Assembly: GCA_963827655.1 (NCBI GenBank)
Contig: CAWHCF010000041.1
Coordinates: forward strand, 1 to 64,000
DNA length: 64,000 nucleotides
Reading direction: 5' to 3'
From: an uncultured Acidobacteriota bacterium
GTDB lineage: Bacteria; Acidobacteriota; UBA6911
This document shows positions 1 to 9,389 of this stretch, piece by piece. A program made the position numbers and the translations under genes. A model generated the notes under the pieces. The model made no database searches. It saw only the letters and a list, made by a program, of their open reading frames with translations, and was not told where the DNA came from. Numbering within the stretch: the first letter of the stretch is position 1; each line of letters begins with the position of its first letter.

Positions 1-74
1 GTTTAATGAGGCAGTAAACGGCCATCGTTCAGACGGACGGCCAATGAATGAATCGCTATTGGCAGCGAACGATG

Positions 75-1139
75 TCACCGGCTGGTCGCCCAGTCAAAGG
101 CGATGCGCGCCACACTCGCGAGCGTGGCGTCCCGTGTGGTCTCCGGACCGCGCGATCCTTTCAGAAAGGCCGCGATGACAAGATGGCCGCGCTTCTCAGG
201 TAGCGTCACGACGGCCGTGTCGTTGTGGGCGGCACGAATGCCGTCCGTCTCCCCCGACGTGCCGGGCCGCAGCGTCACGCGCGTGCCCGGCGGCAACCCC
301 GCGCGGAGCCGCGTGTCGCGCGTATGCATCTCCGCCATCTCGTCGAGCAGCCATCGCGTGTGCTCCGCGTTGAGGAGCTCCACCTTCACCAGACGCGCCA
401 GCAGTGCAGCGAACGAATCCGGACGCGCGGAGTCGCGGCGGTCTTCGAGATAGTCGCGCGCCGCGCGGCGCCGCGTCTCCGCCGGCACCTTCTCCACCGC
501 CTCGAGAAATCGCTCCAGGCTGTACGGCCGCATGCGCTCGAGGCAGCACACGCCGTGATAATCCGCGGCGAATTCGAGCTCGTAGCGGTTGATGTCGATG
601 CCGGGAAGGACGAGTTCGTTCAGCGTGTCCGCCACCGCGCGAGGCCCCCCGGCAGCGCGCAGCAGCGCGTCGGACGCGGTGTTGTCGCTGATGCGCACAA
701 TCGCGGAAATCAGCTCGCGGATGGAGAGTGTTTGAGGGCCCTTTTCGGCGATCGTGCGCGCGAGCGGTGACAGCCCCGGCCGCCTGTCGGCAGCCGTCAA
801 CCGGATCGGCTGCGCGAGCTGCAGCGTGCCGCGTTCCACCCGCCGCAGCGCGTGAATCGCGATCGGCAGCTTGTACACGCTCATCATTGGAAACCACTCG
901 CCGCCATTGAGGGACGCTCCCTCGCCGGATTCGACATGGAGCACGCGGACGCCTAACGTCCCGGGCGCTGTTCGGGCAATGTCCGCAAGGCGGCGGGCGA
1001 GATCCGCAGCGGGTGGTCTGGTCTGCACCGCGACCCGCGCGCCACTGGCACGGTTGGCACTCAACCCTCGCCGCCGGCTGGCTCGAGCGGGTAAACGAAC
1101 GAAGCGATGAGCAGCAGGGGTATTGTCAACTTGGGCCAT
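75..1139 (-). CDS. Class A beta-lactamase-like serine hydrolase; true start uncertain
   Basis: FPMMSVYK (SxxK), SDN, NRYE (E166-like), long omega-loop insertion, RPGTSG at the KTG position, HND downstream. The ORF ATG lies at the edge of an inverted-repeat element, so the N-terminus is doubtful. Confidence 0.85.
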   Translation of the reverse strand: MAQVDNTPAAHRFVRLPARASRRRGLSANRASGARVAVQTRPPAADLARRLADIARTAPGTLGVRVLHVESGEGASLNGGEWFPMMSVYKLPIAIHALRRVERGTLQLAQPIRLTAADRRPGLSPLARTIAEKGPQTLSIRELISAIVRISDNTASDALLRAAGGPRAVADTLNELVLPGIDINRYELEFAADYHGVCCLERMRPYSLERFLEAVEKVPAETRRRAARDYLEDRRDSARPDSFAALLARLVKVELLNAEHTRWLLDEMAEMHTRDTRLRAGLPPGTRVTLRPGTSGETDGIRAAHNDTAVVTLPEKRGHLVIAAFLKGSRGPETTRDATLASVARIAFDWATSR

Positions 1140-1248
1140 TCGTTGCGTTTTGACCGCCCACAGAAACCCTTAAGTTGTTGATTCACAGTGCGAGAGTTTG
1201 ACGACTTTGTCTCAAAAACGGGAGATTTGGCCTCAAGTTGACAGTACC
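1119..1248. mobile_element. MITE-like element, ~130 bp, with ~20-bp imperfect terminal inverted repeats
   Basis: GGTATTGTCAACTTGGGCCA (1119-1138) versus TGGCCTCAAGTTGACAGTACC (1228-1248). Internal TAAGTTGTTGATT matches the IHF consensus WATCAANNNNTTR on the minus strand. Confidence 0.65.
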
Positions 1249-1260
1249 TCCGGAGAGTAT

Positions 1261-1320
1261 ATGAAGTCCCTTCTGCAACCGTGGCAACTGTTGGTCCTGA
1301 TCCCGGCGGCTCGGCTGAGT
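1261..1320 (+). pseudogene. N-terminal remnant of an integrase-core/transposase gene
   Basis: GGAGAG RBS then MKSLLQPWQLLVLIPAA, resembling from memory the N-terminus of rve-type transposases (M..LQPWQLL.LILAGW). Similarity stops after ~20 codons. Confidence 0.45.
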
Positions 1321-1384
1321 TTCTTTACCATACGGCTTGCCAGCACTCGCGACGACGTGATCAGTCATGCGCCGGCACAGGCAG

Positions 1385-1662
1385 CTAAGCGACGATCTTT
1401 CTCCTTAACCTATTGACCTCCCTTTCAAGACGGTCAAGGCGCGATTCGGCTTCCACATCGGTCTGCAACCCCTTCTTCAAAACCGGTTCAAAAGCCTTTG
1501 GTATGGCACGCCTGTCTTCGCTGCTTTCGCCCGTAGAATATCCAATGTTTCCCGGTCAACGTTTATGGTGATCTTGACGGACTTGATCGCGGCCATTCTA
1601 CGACGAAGCTCCCGAGTACCCTTGTCGTCGATTTCGACCTCACTCAGTTTGGGTTTTTTCAT
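1385..1662 (-). CDS. brnA: BrnA/CopG-type antitoxin (one frameshift near 1485)
   Basis: KITINVD...LRAKAAKTGVPYQRLLN RHH-like motif. Restoring one base gives ...NRVLKKGLQTDVEAESRLDRLEREVNRLRRKIVA* ending at 1385. Overlaps the toxin 3' end. Confidence 0.8.
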
Positions 1663-1921
1663 TGGAAAGCCTCCCGAATTTTCGCCATGATGCCGATCCA
1701 AAAATTCGGATAATACTTCCGCGCCGCGTAAACCGCGTCGTGAGTATTTTCCCGGATCCGCACCCGCCCACCGAGAAGAATCTCGCCTCGACTGCCGAGT
1801 GTTTCGTGTCCCTCAACTGAAACCCATCGGGATCGGAAAATGTCTCTACAGCCTCCACAAAAGAAATCCCATGCCTTCTAAGATTCTCTATCTCTTTGGA
1901 CAAATCCCATTCAAACTCCAC
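1640..1921 (-). CDS. brnT: BrnT family ribonuclease toxin (DUF497)
   Basis: MEFEWD..KE.ENLRRHGISFVEAVETFSDP...HS..E.RF...IRIF signature, upstream of the antitoxin. Confidence 0.9.
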   Translation of the reverse strand: MEFEWDLSKEIENLRRHGISFVEAVETFSDPDGFQLRDTKHSAVEARFFSVGGCGSGKILTTRFTRRGSIIRIFGSASWRKFGRLSNEKTQTE

Positions 1922-1971
1922 GACACCACGAATACCATATTTATACGTATGAAGCCATATTTCTGTCGGTG

Positions 1972-2180
1972 GATCAGGTAGATCAGGATGTCAGCCAGTT
2001 CCTGGGTAGCCTTGTCGACGGTGGCAGACGGGAAGTCCCGACTTTGTCTCTCGGTGAGCCACTGGAAGTGCTCGACCAATTCGCCGGCTTCAACGATCAG
2101 AGCCATCGAGAGGTTCTTTGGAGAGTGGAACTGATCCCAGTCCCGTTCAGCAGCGAAGGCCCTGAGCCGGTCTCTGTGGG
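1972..2180 (-). pseudogene. MazG-like nucleotide pyrophosphohydrolase remnant
   Basis: Frame reads RDRLRAFAAERDWDQFHSPKNLSMALIVEAGELVEHFQW...QELADILIYLI, then loses similarity just upstream of brnT. No clear start codon. Confidence 0.8.
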
Positions 2181-2378
2181 GTTTAGCGATCCAGCCTAGT
2201 ACTGGCCCTAGCCTTGTCTAGTATTCTCTCAGTTGCGGAGAGACGTCTGTCCAGCTATCGCTTAGAACTGCGCCAGCCTTCCTCAGGCAGGCTAGCGGAC
2301 TGCGCCCGGCTTCAACTTCCGGATGGCGCGTGATCCGAGCAGCACCATCGGTGCGAGTGCGCTCGTGATACCTTTGGG

Positions 2379-5007
2379 CTATTTCTTCAACCCCGCCGTC
2401 CAGTTCACCACCACCGTGGCTGGCTGCGAGGCTGCCTCTTCACCTTCTGTGAGAATCAGGAAGCGCTGCCCATCGGCCTTGACCGCGTAAACCGTATAGA
2501 ACAGGCCAGGTAGGATGGCCGCACGCGTTGGGAACAGCACCCTGGGATTACCCGCCTCGAAGCGGCCGGTGACGGTCTTCACTTCCACCGCCATCAGCCG
2601 GCGTTCCGGCCCCAGAAAAAACAGCTCCTTGTCGCTCCGCCAGCGCGGCTGCTCGCCCCCGCCGGTCGATACCGGCCATTTGCTCGTTCCCGCAGCCCCA
2701 CCTGGCGCAAACGCGGCACGTAGATTTCGTAGCGCCCCGACTCGTTCGAGTCATAGGCCACCCACTGGCCGTCCGGCGAAAACTGGCCGTTGCGCTCATA
2801 GAACTCCGTCCGCAACCATGGTCGCGGCTGGGCCTGCGGCTGGCGCCCGTCCAGCGGCAGCACCCACAGATCCGATCTCGTCTTTGGGTCCTGGTCCGCG
2901 TAGAGGAGCCAGTCCCCGTCGGGCGACCATCCGCTGGAGAATTTATTCGCGGGCGTCTTCAGCAGCAACTCCTCTTCGCCCGCCCCGTTCGCATCCTTCT
3001 GGTAGAGATTGAATTCACCCTCGCGGGCTGAGCGGAACGCGATGCGGAGGCCGTCGGGCGACCACACGGGACCGGTATCCAAGGCGGGATGGACGGTGAA
3101 GCGGCTGCTCCCGCCGCGCGCCAGGTCGAACAGCCAAATATCACGATTTCCCGTCTGCGGATCACCGCGGTCAACCGCCAGCCGCCGGGCGTCGGGGGAG
3201 AGGTCCACGTTGCGGTAGTCTCCCGGCGGGCCAACAGTCTCCAGCGCCTTGCCGTTGCGGTCGAACCACTGTAGCCGGCGGCGGGCGCTCCCGCCCGCAT
3301 CATAGACCAGCACCCCCGTCTCGGAAAGCGAAACCCGGGTATGGAAGACGCTGACGTCGACGCCCACCGTCTCGGCTACCGGAAACGTGTCGCCCGCCAA
3401 TTGCAGCTTGCCCGCATCGAACCGCTGCGCCACCAGCAACGCCGACTCGCGCAGGAACAGCAGATGCCCCATCCCATAGGCCGCGCTGGCCGGCGAAGCA
3501 AGCAGGCGCGTCTTCTCCTTGGAGTCGAGCGAGCCCGCGTAGATACCCTGATGCTCCGGCTGGCCGCTCCAGATGAAATACAAGAAGCGGTCGCCGTCGG
3601 GCAAGAACTGCGGCCAGCGGTGGGAGATTTCCTGATGCGAGGCCTCCAGCTCGGTCACCGGCTTCGGCTCGCCCCCAATGGCAGGGACCTGCAACAGCGG
3701 ACCGTAGTTACTCGCAAAAAGGATCACCCCGTCGCGATTCCAGGCGCCCCCGCCGCCGACAATCGCGTTCGCGAGCGCCTGCGGCGGCCCGCCCGAGACC
3801 TCCACCTTCTTGAGCTTGCCTTCGGCGAAGAAGCCGATCCAGCGCCTGTCCGGCGACCAGAAGGGAAAACTCGCGCCCTCGGTTCCGCCCAGCGCCTGTG
3901 CCGCCAGCGCATCGAGCGGGCGCACCCAGAGCTGGCTCTTGCCCGCAGCATCCCGCGCCGTGAACGCCACCCGGCGCCCGTCCGGAGACATGGCAATATC
4001 GCCAAAGCTGGTCTTCTCGGGCGGCAGCAGCGCGAATCTCACCGCCTGCTGCTCCGGCGGCGTTCGCGGAAGTGGATCAGCGCCAGCACTACCGCGACCG
4101 CCGCGAACAGCGCAGCGGCGATCATCCACGCGAGCGCCTGCGGGCGCGCGACTGGCAGCGGAACCGCTGACGGAGCCTCCTTCAGCTCCAGACGTGCATC
4201 AGCGATGTCGTGCAGCCGCTCCGTCCGGTCCTTCTGCAAACACCGCCGCAGCAGCATCCTGACATTGGCAGGCGTGCTCTCCGGCAGCGCCCCCCAGTCC
4301 GGCTCCCGCGTCACCACCGCCCCGATCGTGTCGGCCACGTTCTCCCCACCGAACGCCCGCTTCCCCGCCAGCATCTCGTACAGCACGCACCCGAACGCCC
4401 AGATGTCGGTGCTCTTGTCCACCTTGTTCCCCCGCGCTTGCTCCGGACTCATGTAGGCGGCTGTGCCCAGGATCACTCCCGCCCGCGTCGGAGCAGCCGT
4501 CAGGGTCGGCGATTGCGAGGGATCGGATTCCCCGGAATCTTCGTTGAACGCCTTCGCTAGCCCGAAGTCGAGTACCTTGACCCTCCCCTCCGGCGTCACC
4601 TTGATGTTGGCCGGCTTTAGGTCCCGGTGGACGATCCCGTTCTCGTGTGCCGCCTCCAGCGCCTCGCAGATCTGTTTTGCGATGGGCAGAGCTTCGTCCA
4701 CCGGCAGGGGCCCACGCAGCGTCTCCCCCTCCACCAGCTCCAGCACCAGGAATGGCACGCCCTCGGCCTGCTCCAGTCCATAGATGGCAGCAATATGGGG
4801 ATGGTTCAGCGAGGCCAGCACCCGCGCCTCGCGCTTGAAGCGGGCAAGGCGTTCGGGGTCGGGCGCGAAGGCCTCGGGCAGGACCTTGATAGCCACCTCG
4901 CGGCCCAGTTTAATGTCGGTGGCCCGGTACACCTCACCCATGCCGCCCGCACCGATGGCAGCCAGAATCCTATAAAGCCCAAGCTGCTTGCCTGCCGCCA
5001 GCATCAT
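2379..5007 (-). CDS. Ser/Thr protein kinase with TM segment and TolB/PD40 beta-propeller (frameshifts near 4050 and 2600-2720)
   Basis: GAGGMGEVY, VAIK, HRDLKPAN, DFG, GTAAYMSPE; then repeated SPDG/WSPD propeller motifs across three frames; typical C-terminus VVVNW. Confidence 0.9.
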
Positions 5008-5146
5008 AGAACCTGAACGATTCTACCTTGGCGAGTGAACAGCGTGACTAATCTGACGCCACTGGACGAATCGTCGGCCATCCGGAAGTGATCCACTTCA
5101 TCCGTTCCAGGTCCCGTGGTCAGCTTTCTGTTCCGCGGGTCCGTAG

Positions 5147-5197
5147 AAACTCGGGGAGCTCCTCCAGGAACAGTACTCCGTTGTGGGCGAGGCTGAC
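5147..5197 (-). pseudogene. comM: 51-bp fragment of comM/yifB (Mg-chelatase-like AAA+), possible att-site scar
   Basis: Minus strand translates to VSLAHNGVLFLEELPEF, near-identical to the YifB/ComM motif EVSLAHNGVLFLDELPEF. Isolated in an intergenic region. Confidence 0.75.
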
Positions 5198-5342
5198 TTA
5201 CAGTCGATGGCGGAAGTACCGGCTGCCGCGCTGTTTGCCGTCAGGCGTCTGACGGAGACCTACGGGAAGGGACTTGAACTATCTCGACCGCTGATCAGCG
5301 GTGAAGGTCAATGCGAAGAGTCGGCTCGCCGTGACGGCCCAC

Positions 5343-6197
5343 TTACTGAACAGCAATTGCATCGTAGTGAATTCGTTCCTTCCCGATGCCTTTAGAGTTT
5401 AGCACCTTCACCACTTCGCGCACCATGATTGGCGGTCCGGCGAGATAGGCGTCGGCATCCGACGGCGCCGCGATGTGCTTTTCGACGACCGAGTGGATGA
5501 AGCCGGTTTCCCCATGCCAGTTATCTTCGGGCGCAGGACTCGACAGCGCGGGAATGTAGCGGAACTTTGTTTTCGTCCGGGCCCATTCCTGAAAGCGTTC
5601 GTGCCAGAACAGGTCTTTTCGGCTGCGCACGCCGAAGAAAAAGTAGATCTCGTTGTTCTTGTCGAAACTGTTCTCGAACCAGTACTCGAGCAGCGAGATG
5701 AACGGCGCGGCTCCGGTGCCACCGGCGACGATCACAATCGGACGACCCGTGTCCTTTCTCAAATAGAGACTTCCGGCCGGCGCGCTGAAGTGCACCACAT
5801 CTCCCGGCTTCAATTGCGCGTGGACGTAGGTCGTCGCAATTCCCGGCGGAACCTCTTTCCCCGGCGGCGGTCCTGCGAGCTTGATCATCAGGTCGAAGCT
5901 GGGCAGCCGGCTCGAGCCGCTGGCAAACGAGTACGGCCGCGTCACCTCTCCGTGAGTGGTCCCGTAGCGCGCATTCCACTGTTTGACGTAATCGTCAGGA
6001 ACCTTCAGAAACGTGTACTGTCCGGGAGTGAATAAAAAACCCTTCGCGTCCAAAAGGCGGAAGCGGATGCGTTTGGTGTCGTGAGTCAGGTCCTCGATCT
6101 CGATCACCTTGGCGCGATAGGGATAGCTGTCGGCCAGAAGATTGACGCTGCAGCCGAGCCACAGCGCGAATAATCCGAAGGTGCGGCGATTCAGCAT
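5343..6197 (-). CDS. FAD/NAD(P)-binding ferredoxin-reductase-like oxidoreductase with putative Tat signal
   Basis: FTPGQY, RPYSF, GIATTY, AGGTG, FFGVR, YLAGPP. N-terminus MLNRRTFGLFALWLG. No 2Fe-2S domain. Confidence 0.85.
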   Translation of the reverse strand: MLNRRTFGLFALWLGCSVNLLADSYPYRAKVIEIEDLTHDTKRIRFRLLDAKGFLFTPGQYTFLKVPDDYVKQWNARYGTTHGEVTRPYSFASGSSRLPSFDLMIKLAGPPPGKEVPPGIATTYVHAQLKPGDVVHFSAPAGSLYLRKDTGRPIVIVAGGTGAAPFISLLEYWFENSFDKNNEIYFFFGVRSRKDLFWHERFQEWARTKTKFRYIPALSSPAPEDNWHGETGFIHSVVEKHIAAPSDADAYLAGPPIMVREVVKVLNSKGIGKERIHYDAIAVQ

Positions 6198-6206
6198 TCG
6201 CTCTGA

Positions 6207-6938
6207 TCAGACCGGCTTGCGCCACAGGATGGAAAGATCGTCCTTCGGCCGGAAGCCGAGGACCCGCTTGGCTTTTTCATTGATGAACTTCCCGTGCGGC
6301 ATGTCGGAGAAAACGAAGAAAATCTCGCATCGCGACGGCAGCTTCGCCAGGTCGATCTCCAGGCCGAGCCGGAATATTGCACCCGCATCTCCCCATGAGA
6401 CCGAAAACGGTGTTGCGTCCGCGCCCGGCGTGAGTTTGCCCATGTCGAGAAGCGAGAAGAATAAATATTCCTGGACGTAAACATCATGGTGTTGCGAAAA
6501 AACGCGGCAGATCTCCTGACCGAGCGACTTACTCAAACCATACAGATGGGTGCCGGGCTGCGGCGGTTGATCCGGCCCTACCCTGAAATCGAACCGTTCG
6601 GATGGCGGACCCGAGACCACCAGGTGCGGTCCGGTATTGATCACTCGTCTGATATTCTGCTCCACGGCCGCGAGCATCATGTTGTAACAGCCGCGCGTGT
6701 TCACGTCGAACGCCAGCTTGCGGTCGTTGCGCAAAACCGAGAGGTTCAGGATGGCGTCCATGCCCCGGGCCGCTTTGCGGACTTGCTCGATCGACGAAAT
6801 GTCCACGTGCATGTATTCGTGACGCGTCTTCTCCGCCGGCGGTCGGATGTCGGTGATGCGCAACTCGTGTCCCGACTCCAGTGCCTTGACAACATGTGGA
6901 CCAAGATACCCGTTTGCGCCAAGAAGCAGTACCTTCAT
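6207..6938 (-). CDS. NAD-dependent epimerase/dehydratase (uronate-dehydrogenase-like extended SDR)
   Basis: KVLLLGANGYLG Rossmann motif, YGLSK catalytic motif, GGAGGG RBS before ATG 6938, no signal peptide. Confidence 0.85.
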   Translation of the reverse strand: MKVLLLGANGYLGPHVVKALESGHELRITDIRPPAEKTRHEYMHVDISSIEQVRKAARGMDAILNLSVLRNDRKLAFDVNTRGCYNMMLAAVEQNIRRVINTGPHLVVSGPPSERFDFRVGPDQPPQPGTHLYGLSKSLGQEICRVFSQHHDVYVQEYLFFSLLDMGKLTPGADATPFSVSWGDAGAIFRLGLEIDLAKLPSRCEIFFVFSDMPHGKFINEKAKRVLGFRPKDDLSILWRKPV

Positions 6939-6951
6939 GCCGCCCTCCCTG

Positions 6952-7737
6952 TCACCATCGAAATCGCGGTCGATATACCAACGCTGTCTGGGCACGCTTG
7001 ACCGAGAATCGCGCGCCCGGCGAATCCGATTGGATATGGAAGACCTGCCAAATATTCAGCTTGGCGCTGAGAGCGCATGAGACCGCGTGCACTACGTCGC
7101 CCTCGTCCACCCAGAGAGGGTCGGGTGGTTGGTCCTTGACCTCGTCGGCTCGTACTACTTTGCCCAGACGCAACACAACGATTTGAGTTTTGCCCTCGCG
7201 CGCGAACTCGCGACTGACGTACTCGCCCAGGTGCTTCGCCAGAACGATCGTCGTCATTGACGGAAGCGGCAACCAGTTCTCGCTGACGGTGTAGCTGGGC
7301 TCATAGCCCGTCATCATTTCGAGGGTGCTCAGGAAAACGATGCGCGGCACTTTTCCCTCGGCCGCCGACCACAGCAGGTTGTAGGTGCAGCGAGTCAGAG
7401 AATCAATCTGTTGTTCGGGCGTTTCCTCGGGCAGAGGTTCGGCCACATGCACGATCGCTTCCACGCCTCGAACCACCTCATCGGTTGCGCTGTCGTGACC
7501 AAGGGTACACTGGACAAACTCGTGCTCGGTGCGGATCGGCGCTCGCTCGGTCAGCCGGATCGAGTAAGTTTCCTTCAATCCGGAAGCTAAAGCCTGCGCC
7601 AACCTTCCCCCGCCGGAGGTGATGAGAATCGACTTCGCCTTAGGCGCTTGCGCCGAAACGAGCGGCGCGGCTCCGGCGAGGCCGCCTGTTGCGAGAAATC
7701 TGCGACGGTTTATTCTCAGTGACTGCTTCATTGTCAC
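6952..7737 (-). CDS. Degenerate extended-SDR-fold protein with Tat signal
   Basis: NRRRFLATGG Tat motif. Rossmann motif degenerate (ITSGGGRLA); YxxxK position reads IVLAK. Confidence 0.8.
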   Translation of the reverse strand: MTMKQSLRINRRRFLATGGLAGAAPLVSAQAPKAKSILITSGGGRLAQALASGLKETYSIRLTERAPIRTEHEFVQCTLGHDSATDEVVRGVEAIVHVAEPLPEETPEQQIDSLTRCTYNLLWSAAEGKVPRIVFLSTLEMMTGYEPSYTVSENWLPLPSMTTIVLAKHLGEYVSREFAREGKTQIVVLRLGKVVRADEVKDQPPDPLWVDEGDVVHAVSCALSAKLNIWQVFHIQSDSPGARFSVKRAQTALVYRPRFRW

Positions 7738-7829
7738 GACCCAGGAGAGGGATTTGAATCCGCGGACAGTGCGATTTTGATCTTATACCAACAGTACCCT
7801 CAAATAGCAACACGCGCCTATCCCGCCCG

Positions 7830-9041
7830 CTACTCTCGGGGTTTCGCGTCCTTGACCAATCTCACGCCGACATGGTTGGTGGCGGTGCTGACCTCGCCCT
7901 TGCCGCGCGTCCCGACCATGTAGCGCGTGCAGTACTGATCGGTACACAGGAACGAACCGCCGCGATGCACCCGCTTCTTGGTGTCGGGCTCGGCGGGATC
8001 GAGTGGCGATTCGGGTCCGCGTGGATTCCGCGCAACGACGCCCGCTGAGGCGAGTTGCGCGTAGTAGTCAGGTCGATACCAATCACTGACCCACTCCCAC
8101 ACGTTGCCCGCCACGTCGTAGAGTCCATAACCGTTCGGGGCAAACGACGCCACTGGTGCGATGCCGCCAAAGCCATCGCCGCCTGTGTCCTTCACCGGAA
8201 ACGATCCCTGGTAGGTGTTCGCCATCGCCTTCTCAGCCGGACGAAACTCATCTCCCCAGACATAGAGTTTTCCGCTCAAACCGCCGCGGGCGGCGAACTC
8301 CCATTCCGCTTCAGTCGGTAACCGCTTGCCGGCCCACTTCGCGTACGCCTCCGCATCGTCATAGGCAATCTGGACGACCGGATATCGCTCTCGTCCGTGG
8401 ATCGTGCTCCCTGGCCCCTCGGGCTGGCGCCAGTTGGCGCCCTTCTGATAACGCCACCACTGAAGGTGATCATGCAGGGACACAGGCTTTGCTGCCGGCG
8501 TGAATACCGTCGAACCCGCAACCAGGTTCTCGGGCGGCGCCCCCGGAAACTCTGCTGCCGTCGGCGTGCGTTCGGCGATGGTCACGTATCCGGTGGCTTT
8601 CACAAACCTGGCAAAGTCTTCGTTGGTCACCTCGGTCGCATCCATCCAGAAGCCGTCGATATAGACTCGATGCACCGGTAAAGCATCCCCGGTCAAGCCA
8701 GGCAGAGCGCAGAGAGATTCGCTTTCAGCATGACTACCCATCGAGAACTCGCCGCCGGGAATCCACACCATTCCCTGGGGCGCCGGACCTGGCGCGTTTG
8801 CCGTATTGGCGATGGTTGGGGCGAATGACGCCGGACCTGAGGATGGTTGAGCTTTACTGGAGGATTCGGAGGAATCGCCGGTTTGCGCGGGCTCGAGAGA
8901 CCAGAACGCGCTCAGGATGAGGGCCACCGAGGCGGCAGCCACGAGCAGGCCGACCGCCAGCAGCCAACCGACCTGAAAACCCAGCAGCCGCCGTTTTCGT
9001 GCGGCGACGGGAGAGCCTTTCTTGTGTTTCTTCGATGTCAT
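7830..9041 (-). CDS. Formylglycine-generating enzyme (SUMF1/FGE-sulfatase domain), N-terminal membrane anchor
   Basis: MVWIPGGEFSMGS, RLPTEAEWEFAARGG, NGYGLYD.AGNVWEW, RGGSFLCTDQYC.RY (both active-site Cys). Confidence 0.9.
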   Translation of the reverse strand: MTSKKHKKGSPVAARKRRLLGFQVGWLLAVGLLVAAASVALILSAFWSLEPAQTGDSSESSSKAQPSSGPASFAPTIANTANAPGPAPQGMVWIPGGEFSMGSHAESESLCALPGLTGDALPVHRVYIDGFWMDATEVTNEDFARFVKATGYVTIAERTPTAAEFPGAPPENLVAGSTVFTPAAKPVSLHDHLQWWRYQKGANWRQPEGPGSTIHGRERYPVVQIAYDDAEAYAKWAGKRLPTEAEWEFAARGGLSGKLYVWGDEFRPAEKAMANTYQGSFPVKDTGGDGFGGIAPVASFAPNGYGLYDVAGNVWEWVSDWYRPDYYAQLASAGVVARNPRGPESPLDPAEPDTKKRVHRGGSFLCTDQYCTRYMVGTRGKGEVSTATNHVGVRLVKDAKPRE

Positions 9042-9389
9042 GGCTTACTTACGGCGAATTCCTCCGGCGTTTCGTCCAAGGGGTCATTGTATTCCAACCT
9101 CGGACATCAGAGGGGCCTAGAGTTCCTCGAGCTTTTCGCGGTCGTGCGCGGGGCATCGCTGGACGCCGAAAATTGCGCAGTGGATTCCATGCTGGCACGA
9201 AGCGCGACGGGTAGTCAACGGTTCTTGCATCAGCCGGTCATCTTTGTCTGGCCCATTGCCTGCGCCGTCAAGCGCCTCAACTCGCCATGGTCTTCCGAGC
9301 TGAATTTCGGCAGCGCGTAGACATGGAGTCCCACGAGTTGACCGGAGTCGCCACCTCGCTCTGCCACACCCAACGCCGACCATCCGCGT

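Noticed and set aside
9050-9385. Small ORFs between the FGE and ankyrin genes
   Set aside because: No RBS-supported start or recognisable domain; possibly gene debris.
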